Positions 1 to 11,964 are shown, counted from the stretch's first letter. The stretch: 64,000 bases of DNA from an uncultured Pelagibacteraceae bacterium (GCA_902634485.1 CACPKA010000007.1:13-64012); one strand, 5' to 3'. Translations and numbers: made by a program. The notes: a model not told the origin generated them from the letters alone.

Positions 1-188
1 GAGGAAATGAAATAGCTCGTACTGAATGGTTAAGAGAAGGAAGCATTCCATCCCACACATTAAGAGCTGACATTGACTATGCTGAAGCAGAAGCTTTAAC
101 AACTTATGGAATAATTGGTATTAAAGTGTGGATTTATAAAGGAGAAATATTTTCTAAAGAATTTAGCCAAGAAACAAATAAGAAATAA
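1..188 (+). CDS. rpsC: 30S ribosomal protein S3, 3' end only (truncated by window edge)
   Basis: Frame from nt 3 reads [48 protein letters not shown] to TAA at 186-188; directly upstream of rplP. Confidence 0.97.
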   Translation, partial: GNEIARTEWLREGSIPSHTLRADIDYAEAEALTTYGIIGIKVWIYKGEIFSKEFSQETNKK

Positions 189-190
189 TT

Positions 191-601
191 ATGTTACAAC
201 CAACTAGAACTAAATATAGAAAAGCACATAAAGGACGAATTCATGGAAAAGCTACAAGAGCTAATCTTATGAATTATGGAGCATATGGCTTAAAAGCAAT
301 ACAGCCAGACAGAGTAATATCCAAGCAAATAGAAGCAGCTAGAGTTGCGTTAACTAGATTTATGAAAAGACAAGGGAGAGTATGGACTAGAATTTTTCCT
401 AATATACCTGTATCAAAAAAGCCCGTCGAAGTGAGAATGGGTAAAGGAAAAGGGTCTCCAGAATACTATGCGTGTAGAGTAAAACCAGGAAGAATACTAT
501 TTGAAGTAGATGGGGTATCTGAAGAAGTAGCTAGAGAAGCGCTTTATAAAGCATCAGCAAAGCTACCTATAAAAACAAAATTTATAAAAAGATTTTCGTA
601 A
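191..601 (+). CDS. rplP: 50S ribosomal protein L16
   Basis: [23 protein letters not shown] motif; S10 operon order. Confidence 0.99.
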   Translation: MLQPTRTKYRKAHKGRIHGKATRANLMNYGAYGLKAIQPDRVISKQIEAARVALTRFMKRQGRVWTRIFPNIPVSKKPVEVRMGKGKGSPEYYACRVKPGRILFEVDGVSEEVAREALYKASAKLPIKTKFIKRFS

Positions 602-792
602 TGAAAAAAAAAGAAATAAATAAACTAACAAAAGATCAAGCGGTAAAAACTTTTGATAAATTAAAAAAGGATTTGTTCAATTTCAGATTTCAAAAATCTA
701 ATGGACAGCTAACTAGTCCATCAAAAATAAAAGAAACGAAAAAAGCAATTGCTAGAGTTAGCACGCTAATAGGAAGAAAATATAATGCCTAA
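601..792 (+). CDS. rpmC: 50S ribosomal protein L29
   Basis: 63 aa, LFNFRFQK...KKAIARVST; between rplP and rpsQ. Confidence 0.96.
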   Translation: MKKKEINKLTKDQAVKTFDKLKKDLFNFRFQKSNGQLTSPSKIKETKKAIARVSTLIGRKYNA

Positions 793-1021
793 AAAAATAT
801 TAACAGGAACAGTTATAAGTGACAAACCTAATAAGACAATTACAGTTTTAGTAGAAAGAAAATATCAACATCCAGTTTTAAAAAAAATTGTTAAAGTTAG
901 AAAAAAATATAATGCACACGATGAAAATAATAAATTTAAAAATGGTGATAAAGTATCAATAATTGAAAGTAGACCTTATTCAAAAAATAAAATGTTTGAA
1001 GTTATGGATGTTAAAAAATGA
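785..1021 (+). CDS. rpsQ: 30S ribosomal protein S17
   Basis: [29 protein letters not shown]. Confidence 0.98.
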   Translation: MPKKILTGTVISDKPNKTITVLVERKYQHPVLKKIVKVRKKYNAHDENNKFKNGDKVSIIESRPYSKNKMFEVMDVKK

Positions 1022-1386
1022 TACAAGTACAAACTGAATTATCTGTTGCTGACAATACTGGAGCTAAAGTAGTTGAGTGTATAAAAGTATTAGGTGGATC
1101 AAAAAGAAGATATGCCAGCATTGGTGATATAATAGTTATAGCTGTAAAAGAGGCTATACCTAAAGGAAAAGTAAAAAAAGGATCTGTCCATAAAGCTGTT
1201 GTTGTAAGGGTAAAAAAAGGAATTCACAGAAAAGATGGATCGAAAGTTAAATTTGATAATAATGCCGCTGTTTTAATAGATGAAAAAGGTGAACCAGTTG
1301 GGACAAGAATTTTTGGTCCTGTCACTAGAGAACTAAGAACTAGGGGCCAAATGAAAATAATATCTTTAGCTCCGGAGGTTTTATAA
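1018..1386 (+). CDS. rplN: 50S ribosomal protein L14
   Basis: [17 protein letters not shown]...GTRIFGPV...SLAPEVL. Confidence 0.99.
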   Translation: MIQVQTELSVADNTGAKVVECIKVLGGSKRRYASIGDIIVIAVKEAIPKGKVKKGSVHKAVVVRVKKGIHRKDGSKVKFDNNAAVLIDEKGEPVGTRIFGPVTRELRTRGQMKIISLAPEVL

Positions 1387-1637
1387 TGACTATAAAAAAA
1401 GGGTTAAAAGTTAAAATACTTGCTGGAAAAGATAAAAAAAAGGAAGGTGAAATTATTGAGATTGATAGAAAAAATTATAGAGCAAAAATAAAAGGAATAA
1501 ATATTGTTAAAAAACATATAAAAACAACAAAAGAGAAAAAGGGCGGCATTGTTGATAAAGAAAACTTTATAAATATTTCAAATTTATCAATTGTTGACGA
1601 TAAAAAAAAAGAAAAAAAAAGCGAGATTAAGAAATGA
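1386..1637 (+). CDS. rplX: 50S ribosomal protein L24 (short, 83 aa)
   Basis: KOW-like [25 protein letters not shown]; position after rplN. Confidence 0.95.
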   Translation: MTIKKGLKVKILAGKDKKKEGEIIEIDRKNYRAKIKGINIVKKHIKTTKEKKGGIVDKENFINISNLSIVDDKKKEKKSEIKK

Positions 1638-2188
1638 TACCAAGATTAAAAGAGCTATATTCACAGAAAATAAGAACAGAATTAAAAGAAAAATTTAATT
1701 TTAAAAATCTCTATATGGCACCACAAATAAAAAAAATAATTTTAAATATGGGCCTTGGTATAGACGGTAACGATAATAAAATTTTAAAATCATGTGAAGA
1801 AGATCTAAGTAAAATCACAGGGCAAAAACCAGTTGTAACAAAATTTAAAAAATCAATATCAAACTTTAAAACGAGAAAAGGTACAAATTCTGGTTTAAAG
1901 GTTACTTTAAGAAATGATAAGATGTATGAATTTATTGACCGATTGGTAAATATAGCTTTACCTAGAATAAAAGACTTTAGAGGTTTATCAGAAAATGGTT
2001 TTGATAAATTTGGCAATTATTCTTTTGGAGTAAAAGAGCATATTATTTTTCCAGAAGTGAATTTTGATAAAGTTGAAAAAATAAGAGGACTTGACATTAC
2101 AATTGCAATATCATCACTGAATAAAACTCATAGTTATGAGTTGTTAAAAAAATTAAACTTTCCATTTAAAAATAAAGGAGACAATTAA
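1634..2188 (+). CDS. rplE: 50S ribosomal protein L5
   Basis: [33 protein letters not shown]. Confidence 0.99.
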   Translation: MIPRLKELYSQKIRTELKEKFNFKNLYMAPQIKKIILNMGLGIDGNDNKILKSCEEDLSKITGQKPVVTKFKKSISNFKTRKGTNSGLKVTLRNDKMYEFIDRLVNIALPRIKDFRGLSENGFDKFGNYSFGVKEHIIFPEVNFDKVEKIRGLDITIAISSLNKTHSYELLKKLNFPFKNKGDN

Positions 2189-2190
2189 AC

Positions 2191-2496
2191 ATGGCTAAAC
2201 TTAGCTCGGTAAATAAAAATAATAAAAGAATTAAACTTTCAAACAAATTTTATAAAAAAAGAAATTCACTAAAAAAAATAATTATGGATAAAAAATTACC
2301 ACTTGAAGAGAGATTTAAAGCGCAACAAAAACTATCTAAGCTACCAAGAAATTCAGCAAAAAATAGAGTAAGAAACAGATGTCAAATAACTGGGAGACCT
2401 CATGGTGTATATAGAAAATTGAAAATATCTAGAATTGCATTAAGAAAATTAGGTTTAGAGGGAAAAATTCCTGGAATGGTTAAATCAAGTTGGTAG
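2191..2496 (+). CDS. rpsN: 30S ribosomal protein S14 (long, zinc-free type)
   Basis: 101 aa, [19 protein letters not shown]...PGMVKSSW. Confidence 0.98.
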   Translation: MAKLSSVNKNNKRIKLSNKFYKKRNSLKKIIMDKKLPLEERFKAQQKLSKLPRNSAKNRVRNRCQITGRPHGVYRKLKISRIALRKLGLEGKIPGMVKSSW

Positions 2497-2508
2497 AAAG
2501 GATTATTT

Positions 2509-2907
2509 ATGAGTTTAAGTGACCCAATTGGAGATATGATAGCAAGAATAAAAAATGCTCAATTAAGGAATCATAAGGTAATTAAATTACCTTCTTCTAA
2601 TTTTAAAGTAAAAATAGCCGATGTACTTAAGAAAGAAGGTTTTATAATTGATTATAAAATAGAAAATTCTGATTCAAAAATTTTTAATTTATCAATAAAT
2701 TTAAAATACAATCTAGGATCTCCAGTTATTAGTACAATTGAAAGAGTTTCTAAACCAGGAAGAAGAATATTTTCTAGTGCAGAAAGTTTACCAAAAATAA
2801 ATAATGGTTTAGGAATAGCTATAATCTCTACACCAAAAGGAGTTATGACTGATATAGATGCGAGAAAACAAAAGCTTGGCGGGGAAATAATTTGTAAGGT
2901 TTTTTAA
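2509..2907 (+). CDS. rpsH: 30S ribosomal protein S8
   Basis: SDPIGDMIARIKNA, SKPGRRIF, STPKGVMTD. Confidence 0.99.
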   Translation: MSLSDPIGDMIARIKNAQLRNHKVIKLPSSNFKVKIADVLKKEGFIIDYKIENSDSKIFNLSINLKYNLGSPVISTIERVSKPGRRIFSSAESLPKINNGLGIAIISTPKGVMTDIDARKQKLGGEIICKVF

Positions 2908-3446
2908 TGTCTAAAATAGGAAAAATAAGTATAAACATACCTGAAAAAATAAAAGTTGCTATAAATGGCAATGCATTAAATATTGAAGGACCTCTGGGTA
3001 AAAAAACACTTAATATTGATACTAATATATTTGATTTAAATCTAAATGACGGAAAAGCTATAAGTATAAAGCCTAAAAAAATTAACGACGAAACAAAAAG
3101 ATTATGGGGTATGAATAGAAGCTTGTTAAATAATGCTATTACAGGTGTAAACACAGGTTATCAAAAAACCTTGGAATTAAACGGAGTTGGTTACAGAGCG
3201 GCACTTAAAGGCAAACAACTAAATTTACAATTAGGTTTTAGCCATGATATTAATTTTGATATCCCTGAAAATATTAAAATTGATGTTGAAAAACAAACAG
3301 TAATCAAAATTAGCAGCATAGATAAACAATTAGTAGGAATGACTGCGGCTAAAATAAAAACATTTAGACCACCAGAGCCTTATAAGGGAAAAGGTATTAA
3401 AGAAGTTGGTCAATATGTAAGAAGAAAAGAAGGGAAAAAGAAATAA
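2907..3446 (+). CDS. rplF: 50S ribosomal protein L6
   Basis: [21 protein letters not shown]. Confidence 0.99.
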   Translation: MSKIGKISINIPEKIKVAINGNALNIEGPLGKKTLNIDTNIFDLNLNDGKAISIKPKKINDETKRLWGMNRSLLNNAITGVNTGYQKTLELNGVGYRAALKGKQLNLQLGFSHDINFDIPENIKIDVEKQTVIKISSIDKQLVGMTAAKIKTFRPPEPYKGKGIKEVGQYVRRKEGKKK

Positions 3447-3802
3447 TGAAAATATCTTCAAAAGATAGAAAAAAATTTAGAATAAGAAATAAACTTAAGA
3501 AACATGCAGGGTTAGATAGGTTTAGATTAACTATTTTTAGATCAACCAAAAATATTTCAGCTCAAATAATAGATGATAATAAAAAAGCTACTTTGATATC
3601 AGTATCATCTGTAGAAAAAGATATAAAATCGATGAAGAAAAGTAACAAATCTGAATTGTCAAAAATAGTAGCAGAAAAACTTGCAAAAAAAGCACAAGAA
3701 AAAAATATTTCAAAAATTTATTTTGATAGAGGTATTTACAAATATCACGGTAGAGTTAAAATTTTTGCTGATACTTTAAGAAAAAATGGATTGAAAGTAT
3801 AA
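3446..3802 (+). CDS. rplR: 50S ribosomal protein L18
   Basis: [31 protein letters not shown]. Confidence 0.98.
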   Translation: MKISSKDRKKFRIRNKLKKHAGLDRFRLTIFRSTKNISAQIIDDNKKATLISVSSVEKDIKSMKKSNKSELSKIVAEKLAKKAQEKNISKIYFDRGIYKYHGRVKIFADTLRKNGLKV

Positions 3803-3806
3803 AATT

Positions 3807-4307
3807 ATGGAAAAAAATAACGATTATATAGAAAAATTAGTACACATAAATAGAATTACGAAAGTGGTCAAAGGAGGAAGAAGATTTGGATTTTCTGCTT
3901 TAGTAGTTGTTGGCAATCAAAATGGAAAAATAGGCATAGCACACGCTAAAGCGAAACAAGTTCCAGATGCTATTAAAAAAGCAAATGATTTAGCTAAAAG
4001 AAATATGATACAAATTCCATTACGTGAAGGTAGAACAATTCACCACGATACACTTGGAAAAGATGGGTCAGGTCGTATTAAATTAAGATCTGCACCCAAA
4101 GGTACAGGTATCATTGCTGGTGGACCTGTAAGAGCAGTTTGTGAAGTCCTTGGAATTAAAGATATTGTTGCTAAGTCTATGGGCACTGCTAATCCCCATA
4201 ATGTGATTAGAGCATGTCTGAAAGCCTTAAAAAAACAACATTCCCCAAAACATATATCAATGATAAGAAGTAAAAAAATATCTGAAATTATTGAGAAGAG
4301 AGGATAA
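3807..4307 (+). CDS. rpsE: 30S ribosomal protein S5
   Basis: [36 protein letters not shown]. Confidence 0.99.
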   Translation: MEKNNDYIEKLVHINRITKVVKGGRRFGFSALVVVGNQNGKIGIAHAKAKQVPDAIKKANDLAKRNMIQIPLREGRTIHHDTLGKDGSGRIKLRSAPKGTGIIAGGPVRAVCEVLGIKDIVAKSMGTANPHNVIRACLKALKKQHSPKHISMIRSKKISEIIEKRG

Positions 4308-4762
4308 TGTCTGCCTTGAACAATTCAAACCCAATAAAAAGAAAAAAAATTAGAGTAGGTAGAGGTATAGGGTCGGGAAAAGGTAAGACTTCTGGAAGAG
4401 GTGTTAAAGGCCAAAAATCACGATCAGGTGTTGCTATTAAAAGTTTTGAGGGTGGACAAATGCCTTTATATAGAAGATTACCCAAAAGAGGATTTAATTC
4501 TTTTAAAAAAAATAATATAGGAAAAATAAATTTAGGGCAGATCCAATACTTCATTGAAAAAAAATCTCTAAGTAACAAGGACAAGCTAGATTTAAATATT
4601 TTAAAAAAACTAAATATAATTAATAAAAAATCAAAAAAATTAAAAATTTTAGGTTCTGGTGAAATTAAGGATAAGATAATAGTAGAAGCAAATTTTTTTT
4701 CTAAGTCAGCAATTGATAAATTAAAAAAAATTGGTGGTACAGCACAAATATTGAAAAAATAG
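4307..4762 (+). CDS. rplO: 50S ribosomal protein L15
   Basis: [34 protein letters not shown]. Confidence 0.99.
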   Translation: MSALNNSNPIKRKKIRVGRGIGSGKGKTSGRGVKGQKSRSGVAIKSFEGGQMPLYRRLPKRGFNSFKKNNIGKINLGQIQYFIEKKSLSNKDKLDLNILKKLNIINKKSKKLKILGSGEIKDKIIVEANFFSKSAIDKLKKIGGTAQILKK

Positions 4763-4770
4763 GTTTTTTT

Positions 4771-6051
4771 ATGAGTATATCATCACAGTCTAACGATTTG
4801 AGAAATCGTATAGTTTTTACAATATTTATTTTATCAGTATATAGACTTGGAACATTTGTACCTTTGCCAGGTATTGACCCACAACAATTAGAAGCATTGA
4901 TGCAAGGCAATCAAAAAGGTTTGCTTGGAATGTTCAATGTTTTTGCTGGTGGTGCCGTAAGTAGAATGGCAATTTTTGCTCTAGGTATAATGCCATATAT
5001 TTCATCATCTATTATAGTTCAACTTCTAACAGGAGTTTCAGATTATTTTAAAAATTTAAAAAGCCAAGGCGAAACTGGAAGAAAGAAAATTTCTCAAATA
5101 ACAAGATATGGAACTGTTTTATTGGCTACAGTCCAAGGGTATGGATTAGCAGTAGGGCTCGAGTCATCAGCAAATTTAGTAATAAATCCTGGATTATTTT
5201 TTAAAATTTCAACAGTTACAACAATAGTAGCTGGTACTATTTTTCTAATGTGGCTTGGTGAGCAGATAACCCAAAGAGGTATAGGTAATGGAATTTCATT
5301 AATTATATTTTCAGGAATAGTTGCAGAAATACCTAGAGCTTTAGTCACTACATTTGAACTTGGAAGAACAGGAGCAATATCTACTTTGATGATAATCCTT
5401 CTTTTTATATTACTAGTTATAACAATTATGTTCATAGTTTTTATGGAAAGAGCATTAAGAAAAATATTAATAAATTATCCAAAAAGGCAAATGGGTAATA
5501 AAATGTATGGCGGTGAGTCATCTCATTTGCCATTAAAAATTAACCAAGCTGGAGTTATACCTGCAATTTTTGCATCTGCTTTATTATTATTGCCTGTTAC
5601 ATTTTCTAATTTTAACTTATCAAGTAATGAAACATTTTTAGATATATCTTCGTATTTTTCTCAAGGCCAACCTCTTTATATGCTTTTGTATGCATCAGGA
5701 ATAATTTTTTTTACTTTCTTTTATACATCTATAACTTTTAATCCAAACGAGACTGCAGAAAATTTAAGAAAATATGGAGGCTTTGTGCCAGGAATTAGAC
5801 CAGGAGAAAGTACAGCAATCTATATAGATAACATTTTAACTAAACTTACAACTATTGGCGCACTTTATTTAACTTTAGTTTGTTTAATGCCTGAAGTTTT
5901 AATTGCAAACTACCCTATACCTTTTTACTTAGGAGGAACCTCAATTTTAATTGTAGTAGTTGTTGCGATAGATACTGTAACACAAGTTCAAACAAGATTA
6001 ATGAGTTCACAATATGAGCAATTGATTAAAAAAACAAAATTTGGAAGATAA
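4771..6051 (+). CDS. secY: Preprotein translocase subunit SecY
   Basis: IFALGIMPYISSSII, GIGNGISLIIF, PGIRPG; multiple TM helices. Confidence 0.99.
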   Translation: MSISSQSNDLRNRIVFTIFILSVYRLGTFVPLPGIDPQQLEALMQGNQKGLLGMFNVFAGGAVSRMAIFALGIMPYISSSIIVQLLTGVSDYFKNLKSQGETGRKKISQITRYGTVLLATVQGYGLAVGLESSANLVINPGLFFKISTVTTIVAGTIFLMWLGEQITQRGIGNGISLIIFSGIVAEIPRALVTTFELGRTGAISTLMIILLFILLVITIMFIVFMERALRKILINYPKRQMGNKMYGGESSHLPLKINQAGVIPAIFASALLLLPVTFSNFNLSSNETFLDISSYFSQGQPLYMLLYASGIIFFTFFYTSITFNPNETAENLRKYGGFVPGIRPGESTAIYIDNILTKLTTIGALYLTLVCLMPEVLIANYPIPFYLGGTSILIVVVVAIDTVTQVQTRLMSSQYEQLIKKTKFGR

Positions 6052-6057
6052 TTTTAA

Positions 6058-6621
6058 GTGAATGTTATAATATTTGGACCACCTGGTGCTGGTAAAGGGA
6101 CGCAAGCTCATTACATCGTAAAAAAATTTAATCTTTATCAAGTCTCTACAGGCGACCTTTTAAGAAATGAAGTTAAAAATAAAACTGATATAGGCAAAGT
6201 TATTGAAAATACGATTTCTAAAGGTGATTTTGCTACAGACGAAATAGTTAATGAACTTATAAAAAAAGTTGTATTCGATACTCAAAAAAAAAACAAATTA
6301 ATCTTCGATGGCTATCCTAGATCGTTAAGTCAGGCAAAAAATTTAAATTTAATGTTATATAATTCTAATCAAAAAATTGATTTTATTTTTTTTCTTAATA
6401 TTAATAAAGATACAGTTATAAAAAGAATTGAGAAAAGAAAAATTTTAGAAAAAAGATCAGATGATAACTTAAATACTATTCTCAAAAGGTACGATACTTA
6501 CATGGAAACAACTAGACCTGTCTTAGATTTCTACTCTAAAAATCCAAATTTTTATGAAATTGATGGAGGTGAAAAAATAGCAGATATATCAACCAAAATT
6601 GAGCAAATTCTGTCAGTTTAA
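6058..6621 (+). CDS. adk: Adenylate kinase (short-LID type), GTG start
   Basis: P-loop GPPGAGKGTQA, STGDLLR, DGYPR, RSDD. Confidence 0.97.
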   Translation: MNVIIFGPPGAGKGTQAHYIVKKFNLYQVSTGDLLRNEVKNKTDIGKVIENTISKGDFATDEIVNELIKKVVFDTQKKNKLIFDGYPRSLSQAKNLNLMLYNSNQKIDFIFFLNINKDTVIKRIEKRKILEKRSDDNLNTILKRYDTYMETTRPVLDFYSKNPNFYEIDGGEKIADISTKIEQILSV

Positions 6622-6625
6622 GACA

Positions 6626-6653
6626 TTGACTTTGAAAGAACTTCTTATATAAA
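6626..6653 (+). promoter_or_regulatory. Putative sigma70 promoter of the alpha operon
   Basis: TTGACT-N16-TATAAA in the 56-nt adk-rpsM gap. Confidence 0.55.
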
Positions 6654-6677
6654 AGGCTAAATTTAATCACTAAAAAT

Positions 6678-7061
6678 ATGGCTCGTATAGCAGGCGTAAA
6701 CATTCCAACAAATAAAGTTGTGCAAACAGGATTAACTTATATTTTTGGTATTGGAGATAAATTTTCAAAACAAATATGTGAAGCTTTAAACATACCAAAA
6801 GCAATGAGGGTAAATGAGCTCACTGACGACCAGATTTTAAAAATTAGAGAATATATTGATAAAAATTTTACTGTGGAAGGCGATCTTAGAAGAGAAACAT
6901 CATTAAGTATAAAAAGATTAATTGATTTAGCTTCTTATAGAGGATCTAGACATAAAAAAAAATTACCCGTTAGAGGTCAAAGAACTAGATGTAACGCTAG
7001 AACAAGAAAAGGTAAAGCAATAGCTATAGCTGGTAAAAAACTAACTCCTTTAAAAAAATAA
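6678..7061 (+). CDS. rpsM: 30S ribosomal protein S13
   Basis: [27 protein letters not shown]. Confidence 0.99.
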   Translation: MARIAGVNIPTNKVVQTGLTYIFGIGDKFSKQICEALNIPKAMRVNELTDDQILKIREYIDKNFTVEGDLRRETSLSIKRLIDLASYRGSRHKKKLPVRGQRTRCNARTRKGKAIAIAGKKLTPLKK

Positions 7062-7064
7062 AAT

Positions 7065-7517
7065 ATGAAAACAGAAGAAAAAAAAGAAGCAAATAAAAAA
7101 TCATCAGAAAGTTCTGTAGACAAAATAAAGAAAAAAAGTTCTTACTTAAAAAAAAAGAAAATTAAAAAAAATATTACAAATGGAATAGCGTATGTTCAAT
7201 CAACATTTAATAATACAATTATTTCAATAGCTGATACAAGTGGAAATGTTATTTCTTGGGCTTCTGCAGGCCAAAAAGGTTTTAAAGGATCAAGAAAATC
7301 TACACCCTATGCAGCTCAAGTTGCTGCAGATGCGGCAGCTGCTAAAGCAATAGAATGTGGAATGAAAGTTTTATCTGTAGAAGTTAAAGGGCCAGGATCA
7401 GGAAGAGAAACTGCATTAAGAGCTTTACAAGCAAGAGGATTTAAAATTTTATCAATAAAAGACACTACTCCATTGCCACACAATGGGAGCAGACCACCAA
7501 AAAGAAGGAGAGTATAA
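7065..7517 (+). CDS. rpsK: 30S ribosomal protein S11 (Lys-rich N-terminal extension)
   Basis: [39 protein letters not shown]. Confidence 0.99.
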   Translation: MKTEEKKEANKKSSESSVDKIKKKSSYLKKKKIKKNITNGIAYVQSTFNNTIISIADTSGNVISWASAGQKGFKGSRKSTPYAAQVAADAAAAKAIECGMKVLSVEVKGPGSGRETALRALQARGFKILSIKDTTPLPHNGSRPPKRRRV

Positions 7518-8546
7518 ATGGAAAGCACTGAAGTAAATATAAAAAATTGGAAATCTTTAATTAAACCATCAAAACTTGATATCAAATTAAGTGATGACAA
7601 GTCTTATGCAAAAGTTATAGCTGAACCATTAGAAAAAGGTTATGGACTTACTTTAGGAAATTCCTTGAGAAGAATTTTGCTATCATCAATAAGAGGCACA
7701 GCAGTAACAAGTATTCAAATTGATGGCGTTTTGCATGAATTTACTTCTATTAAAGGAATTAGAGAAGATGTAACTGATATAGTTTTAAATGTTAAATCCT
7801 TAGCTTTAAAAAGCTCTTCTGAAGGAACAAAAAAATTAATTTTAGATGCAAAAGGCCCAGGAGAAATAAAGGCTTCAAATATAACACCACTAGCAGACAT
7901 AGAAATATTAAATCCTGATTTGGTTATTTGTAATTTGGACGAAAATACAAATTTTCATATGGAAATGAATGTGAATACTGGAAAAGGTTATGCGCCGGCT
8001 GATCTTAATAAACCAGAAGATCCGCCACTTGGTTTAATTCCAATAGATTCTTTATTTAGCCCAGTTAAGAAAGTTTCATATTCTGTGAGCACAGCAAGAG
8101 AGGGTAAAGCTTTAGATTATGATAAATTAACTATGGAAGTTGAAACAAATGGATCGATATCAGCCGAAGATGCTATTGCTTATTCTGCTCGAATTTTTCA
8201 AGACCAACTAGGTATGTTTATCAATTTTGATGAACCTCAAGAAGTGGTTGTACGAGAGAAACCTGTAGAACCAGAATTTAACAAAAATTTATTAAGGAAA
8301 GTTGACGAGCTGGAATTGTCGGTAAGATCTATGAATTGTCTAAAAAATGATAACATCATTTATATTGGTGATTTGGTGCAAAAATCAGAAGGTGAAATGT
8401 TAAGAACTCCAAATTTTGGAAGAAAATCTTTAAATGAAATTAAGGAAGTATTAACTGGAATGTCACTCTATTTAGGAATGGAAATACCAAATTGGCCTCC
8501 TGATAATATTGCTGAACTATCTAAAAAACTTGAAGAGTCTATTTAA
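7518..8546 (+). CDS. rpoA: RNA polymerase alpha subunit
   Basis: [41 protein letters not shown]. Confidence 0.99.
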   Translation: MESTEVNIKNWKSLIKPSKLDIKLSDDKSYAKVIAEPLEKGYGLTLGNSLRRILLSSIRGTAVTSIQIDGVLHEFTSIKGIREDVTDIVLNVKSLALKSSSEGTKKLILDAKGPGEIKASNITPLADIEILNPDLVICNLDENTNFHMEMNVNTGKGYAPADLNKPEDPPLGLIPIDSLFSPVKKVSYSVSTAREGKALDYDKLTMEVETNGSISAEDAIAYSARIFQDQLGMFINFDEPQEVVVREKPVEPEFNKNLLRKVDELELSVRSMNCLKNDNIIYIGDLVQKSEGEMLRTPNFGRKSLNEIKEVLTGMSLYLGMEIPNWPPDNIAELSKKLEESI

Positions 8547-8548
8547 AA

Positions 8549-8986
8549 ATGAGACATAACCTTGGTCATAAAAAACTAAACAGAACATCTGAACACAGAA
8601 AAGCATTACTAAAAAATATGCTTAATTCATTAATTAAATACGAGCAAATAACAACAACACTACCTAAAGCTAAATTTTTAAAACCCCAAGCAGACAAAAT
8701 AATTACTTTAGGAAAAAAAAAATCTTTGCAAAATGCAAAATTACTATTTTCTAAACTACAAGATAAAAAGTCTGCAAATAAGGTAAAAAGCACATTGTCC
8801 AAAAGATATTTAAATCGAAAAGGTGGATATACTAGGATTGTTAAAGCAGGTTTTAGATATGGTGATAAAGCTCCAATGGCAATTATTGAATTTGTTGATA
8901 GAGATGTCGAGGCTAAAAAAGTTGATAAAAAAATTAAAGATACATCTAAAGATAATAAAGAAACAAATAATCAACCAAAAGCATAG
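8549..8986 (+). CDS. rplQ: 50S ribosomal protein L17
   Basis: [31 protein letters not shown]. Confidence 0.99.
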   Translation: MRHNLGHKKLNRTSEHRKALLKNMLNSLIKYEQITTTLPKAKFLKPQADKIITLGKKKSLQNAKLLFSKLQDKKSANKVKSTLSKRYLNRKGGYTRIVKAGFRYGDKAPMAIIEFVDRDVEAKKVDKKIKDTSKDNKETNNQPKA

Positions 8987-9009
8987 TTAAAATTTAACAA
9001 AACCTTTAT

Positions 9010-9915
9010 ATGAAAAAGTCTTATATTTTAGACTACAAAAGTAATGGTATGAGACTTGATAGGTGGGTCAAAAATAATTTAGGAAAAGTTCCACAAAGCT
9101 TAATAGAAAAAAATTTACGTAAAGGAAAAATTAAAGTTAATAAGAAAAAAACTAAAAGTTCATACAAATTAAAAATAAATGATAAAATTGATTTTTTTGA
9201 TTATAATTTTAAAGAAAAAATTTATAAAAAAAAAATTAAATACAATCCATCCAAAGGTCTAGTTAAAGAAAACGAAAATTTAATTATCGATAATAATAAT
9301 GATTTTATAGTTTTAAACAAAAGTGCAGGTATATCAGTTCAAGGAGGCACTAAATCAAAAAAGAACCTAATTGATATATTTGCTAAGAGTAAATATTTCC
9401 AAGATTCAAAACCATATTCAGTACATAGATTAGATAAAGATACTTCAGGCGTATATATAATAGCTAAAAATAGAGAAACAGCTCAATTACTTACCTCTTT
9501 ATTCAGGTTGAGAAAAATACATAAAACCTATTTAGCAATTTGCTATGGAGAAATTAATGAAAATTATGGCGAATTAAAAAATAATTTAATCAGATATGAT
9601 TTAGATAAAAAAATTGTAGAAAAAGCAATAACAAAATTTAAAGTACTTGATAAAAATTCAAACTCATCTTTCATTTCAATGCAACCAATTACTGGTAGAA
9701 AACACCAGTTGAGAAAACAATTATCGCTTATGAATCATCCAATCTTTGGTGATAAAAAATATAACTATAATTTTATAAAAAAAAATAGTTCATTACAACT
9801 TATGCTTCATGCTTATGAAATCAAATTTATGATTAAAAATGAAAAGTTTACTTATAGAGCTTTGCCACCTGATTATTTTAAGAAATTTTTGAAAACTAAG
9901 AGATTATCTTTTTAA
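9010..9915 (+). CDS. rluC: RluA-family 23S rRNA pseudouridine synthase (RluC-like, with S4 domain)
   Basis: N-terminal RLDRW S4 domain, catalytic VHRLDKDTSG, TGRKHQLR. Confidence 0.88.
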   Translation: MKKSYILDYKSNGMRLDRWVKNNLGKVPQSLIEKNLRKGKIKVNKKKTKSSYKLKINDKIDFFDYNFKEKIYKKKIKYNPSKGLVKENENLIIDNNNDFIVLNKSAGISVQGGTKSKKNLIDIFAKSKYFQDSKPYSVHRLDKDTSGVYIIAKNRETAQLLTSLFRLRKIHKTYLAICYGEINENYGELKNNLIRYDLDKKIVEKAITKFKVLDKNSNSSFISMQPITGRKHQLRKQLSLMNHPIFGDKKYNYNFIKKNSSLQLMLHAYEIKFMIKNEKFTYRALPPDYFKKFLKTKRLSF

Positions 9916-10524
9916 ATTTTCGATAAATTTTAAAATTATATAATCAACTATTTTACTGTAATTTTGTTTTTTGATTATATTTAGAGAAGTTAGTTTCTTA
10001 TCTTTTATTCCGCACGGAATTATTTTTTCGTATTCTTTTAAATCATTATTTATATTTAAAGAAAAGCCGTGATAAGCTATCCATTTTTTTACTCTCACAC
10101 CAATAGCAGCAACTTTCTCCACTCTATTATTGTAATTGACCCAAATACCAATATTTTTTCTATCATTAAAAGATTTTATTTTATATTTTTTTAATGTTTC
10201 AATAATTGTTTCTTCTAAAAGTAAAATAAATTTTCTTAAATCTTTATTTCTTTTATTTAAGTCTATAACAAAGTAGAAAATTAGCTGTCCAGGTCCGTGC
10301 CAGGTTATTTTTCCACCTCTTAAGGTTTTTATAATTTTAATTTTTTTATCCAAAATTTCATTTTCTTTAAATCTAGATCCCGCAGTAAATGTTGGTGGAT
10401 GTTCCAAAACCCATATGAGTTCTTTAGATTCTTTTTTATAGACTTTCTCAGCTCTTTTTTCGAGAAAATCTATTGCATCTAAATATTTAATAGGTTTTTT
10501 AGACTTTTTTATATCTATTTTCAT
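9904..10524 (-). CDS. lipB: Lipoyl(octanoyl) transferase
   Basis: LEHPPTFTAG, RGGKITWHGPGQL, KVAAIG, HGFSLN, IIPCGI; start moved to ATG 10524 (MKIDIKK) to avoid overlap with mgtE. Confidence 0.95.
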   Translation of the reverse strand: MKIDIKKSKKPIKYLDAIDFLEKRAEKVYKKESKELIWVLEHPPTFTAGSRFKENEILDKKIKIIKTLRGGKITWHGPGQLIFYFVIDLNKRNKDLRKFILLLEETIIETLKKYKIKSFNDRKNIGIWVNYNNRVEKVAAIGVRVKKWIAYHGFSLNINNDLKEYEKIIPCGIKDKKLTSLNIIKKQNYSKIVDYIILKFIENLKR

Positions 10525-10585
10525 ATAAAGAATTGTATTATTCGAATATTGTATTAATAGTGCTTTATAATTTATATGAAATTTT

Positions 10586-11962
10586 ATGACTTTAGTAAAA
10601 AAAATAAAAGACAAGAGAGTCAATTTTGAATTTAATAAAGAGTATATAAAGGTAGTTAATGAAAAAATTCAAAAAAATGATGCTGAATTTATCACAAATT
10701 CATTTGGTGGAATGCACCCATCTGATGCAGCTGATATTATTGAGCATTTATCTGAAGATGATAGAGAAAAGCTAATAAAATTAAATAGTTTTAAAATTGA
10801 TCCTGAAGTTTTTATTGAGCTTAATGAGTCAATACAATCAGAGATAATCAAATATATCTCTACTGGTGGAATCACATCAATATTAAAAAATCTAGAATCA
10901 GATAATGCAATAAAAATTTTAGAGAACTTGGATGAAAAAAATAAAGAACTAGTATTAAGTTCATTACCACCAAAGGATAGATTTGCTCTACAAGAAAGTT
11001 TAAGCTATCCAGAAGATACTGCCGCAAGATTAATGCAAAGAGAATTTACGGCAATACCTAGTAATTGGTCCGTTGGACAAACGATTGATTATTTAAGAGA
11101 AAATAAAGATTTACCAGAAGAGTTTCTTGAAATTTTTATTGTTGATAATGAATTTAAGCCTATAGGAACAGTACCATCCTCTAAAGTATTAAGAACTTCA
11201 AGAGATACAAATATGCAATCAATTATGCTTGAAACGCAATTATCAATACCTGTCGACATGGATCAAGAAGAAGTTGGACATTTATTTGAAAATTACAATT
11301 TAAATTCTGCTTGTGTTGTTGATAAATCAAATAAATTAGTTGGAATGATCACTAGTGACGATGTACTTACAGTATTAAAAGAAGAAGCTGAGGAAGACGC
11401 TCTTAGATTAGCTGGTGTTGGTGATGAAGAAATTACCGATGGAGTAATAAAAAAAACTAAAAGAAGATTTAATTGGTTACTATTAAATTTATTTACAGCA
11501 ATAATTGCATCTGTAGTTATTGGTTTTTTCCAGGAAGACATTGAAAAAGTTGTTGCTCTTGCGGTATTGATGCCAATAGTAGCATCTATGGGAGGAAATG
11601 CTGGAATGCAAACACTCGCTGTAACAATAAGAACTATTGCTACCAATCAACTAACTAAGAATAATTTTTCACAAAATATTTTAAAAGAATTTTCAATCGG
11701 CATATTAAATGGAATAATATTTGCTATTATTAGTGCTGCCGTTGTTCAATTTTGGTTTAAAGATATGACACTTTCGTTAATCATATCAATATCAATGATT
11801 TTAAATATGATTGTTGCTGGTCTTTTTGGAATATTAGTGCCCGTATCATTAAAAAAAATGAATATTGACCCCGCTATAGCATCGAGCGTTTTTGTAACTA
11901 CTATTACAGATGTTATTGGATTTTTATCTTTTCTTGGTATAGGAGCTTATTTTTTCTTCTAA
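10586..11962 (+). CDS. mgtE: Magnesium transporter MgtE
   Basis: HPSDAAD, YPEDTAARLM, CBS pair, MGGNAGMQ, DPAIASSVFVTTITD. Confidence 0.96.
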   Translation: MTLVKKIKDKRVNFEFNKEYIKVVNEKIQKNDAEFITNSFGGMHPSDAADIIEHLSEDDREKLIKLNSFKIDPEVFIELNESIQSEIIKYISTGGITSILKNLESDNAIKILENLDEKNKELVLSSLPPKDRFALQESLSYPEDTAARLMQREFTAIPSNWSVGQTIDYLRENKDLPEEFLEIFIVDNEFKPIGTVPSSKVLRTSRDTNMQSIMLETQLSIPVDMDQEEVGHLFENYNLNSACVVDKSNKLVGMITSDDVLTVLKEEAEEDALRLAGVGDEEITDGVIKKTKRRFNWLLLNLFTAIIASVVIGFFQEDIEKVVALAVLMPIVASMGGNAGMQTLAVTIRTIATNQLTKNNFSQNILKEFSIGILNGIIFAIISAAVVQFWFKDMTLSLIISISMILNMIVAGLFGILVPVSLKKMNIDPAIASSVFVTTITDVIGFLSFLGIGAYFFF

Positions 11963-11964
11963 CG

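Noticed and set aside
4754-4770. AAAAAATAGGTTTTTTT between rplO and secY as a terminator
   Set aside because: The stem would be A-U only and too weak, and it sits inside a normally co-transcribed operon
7500-7530. rpsD missing from the alpha operon
   Set aside because: rpsM-rpsK-rpoA-rplQ without rpsD is the normal alphaproteobacterial arrangement
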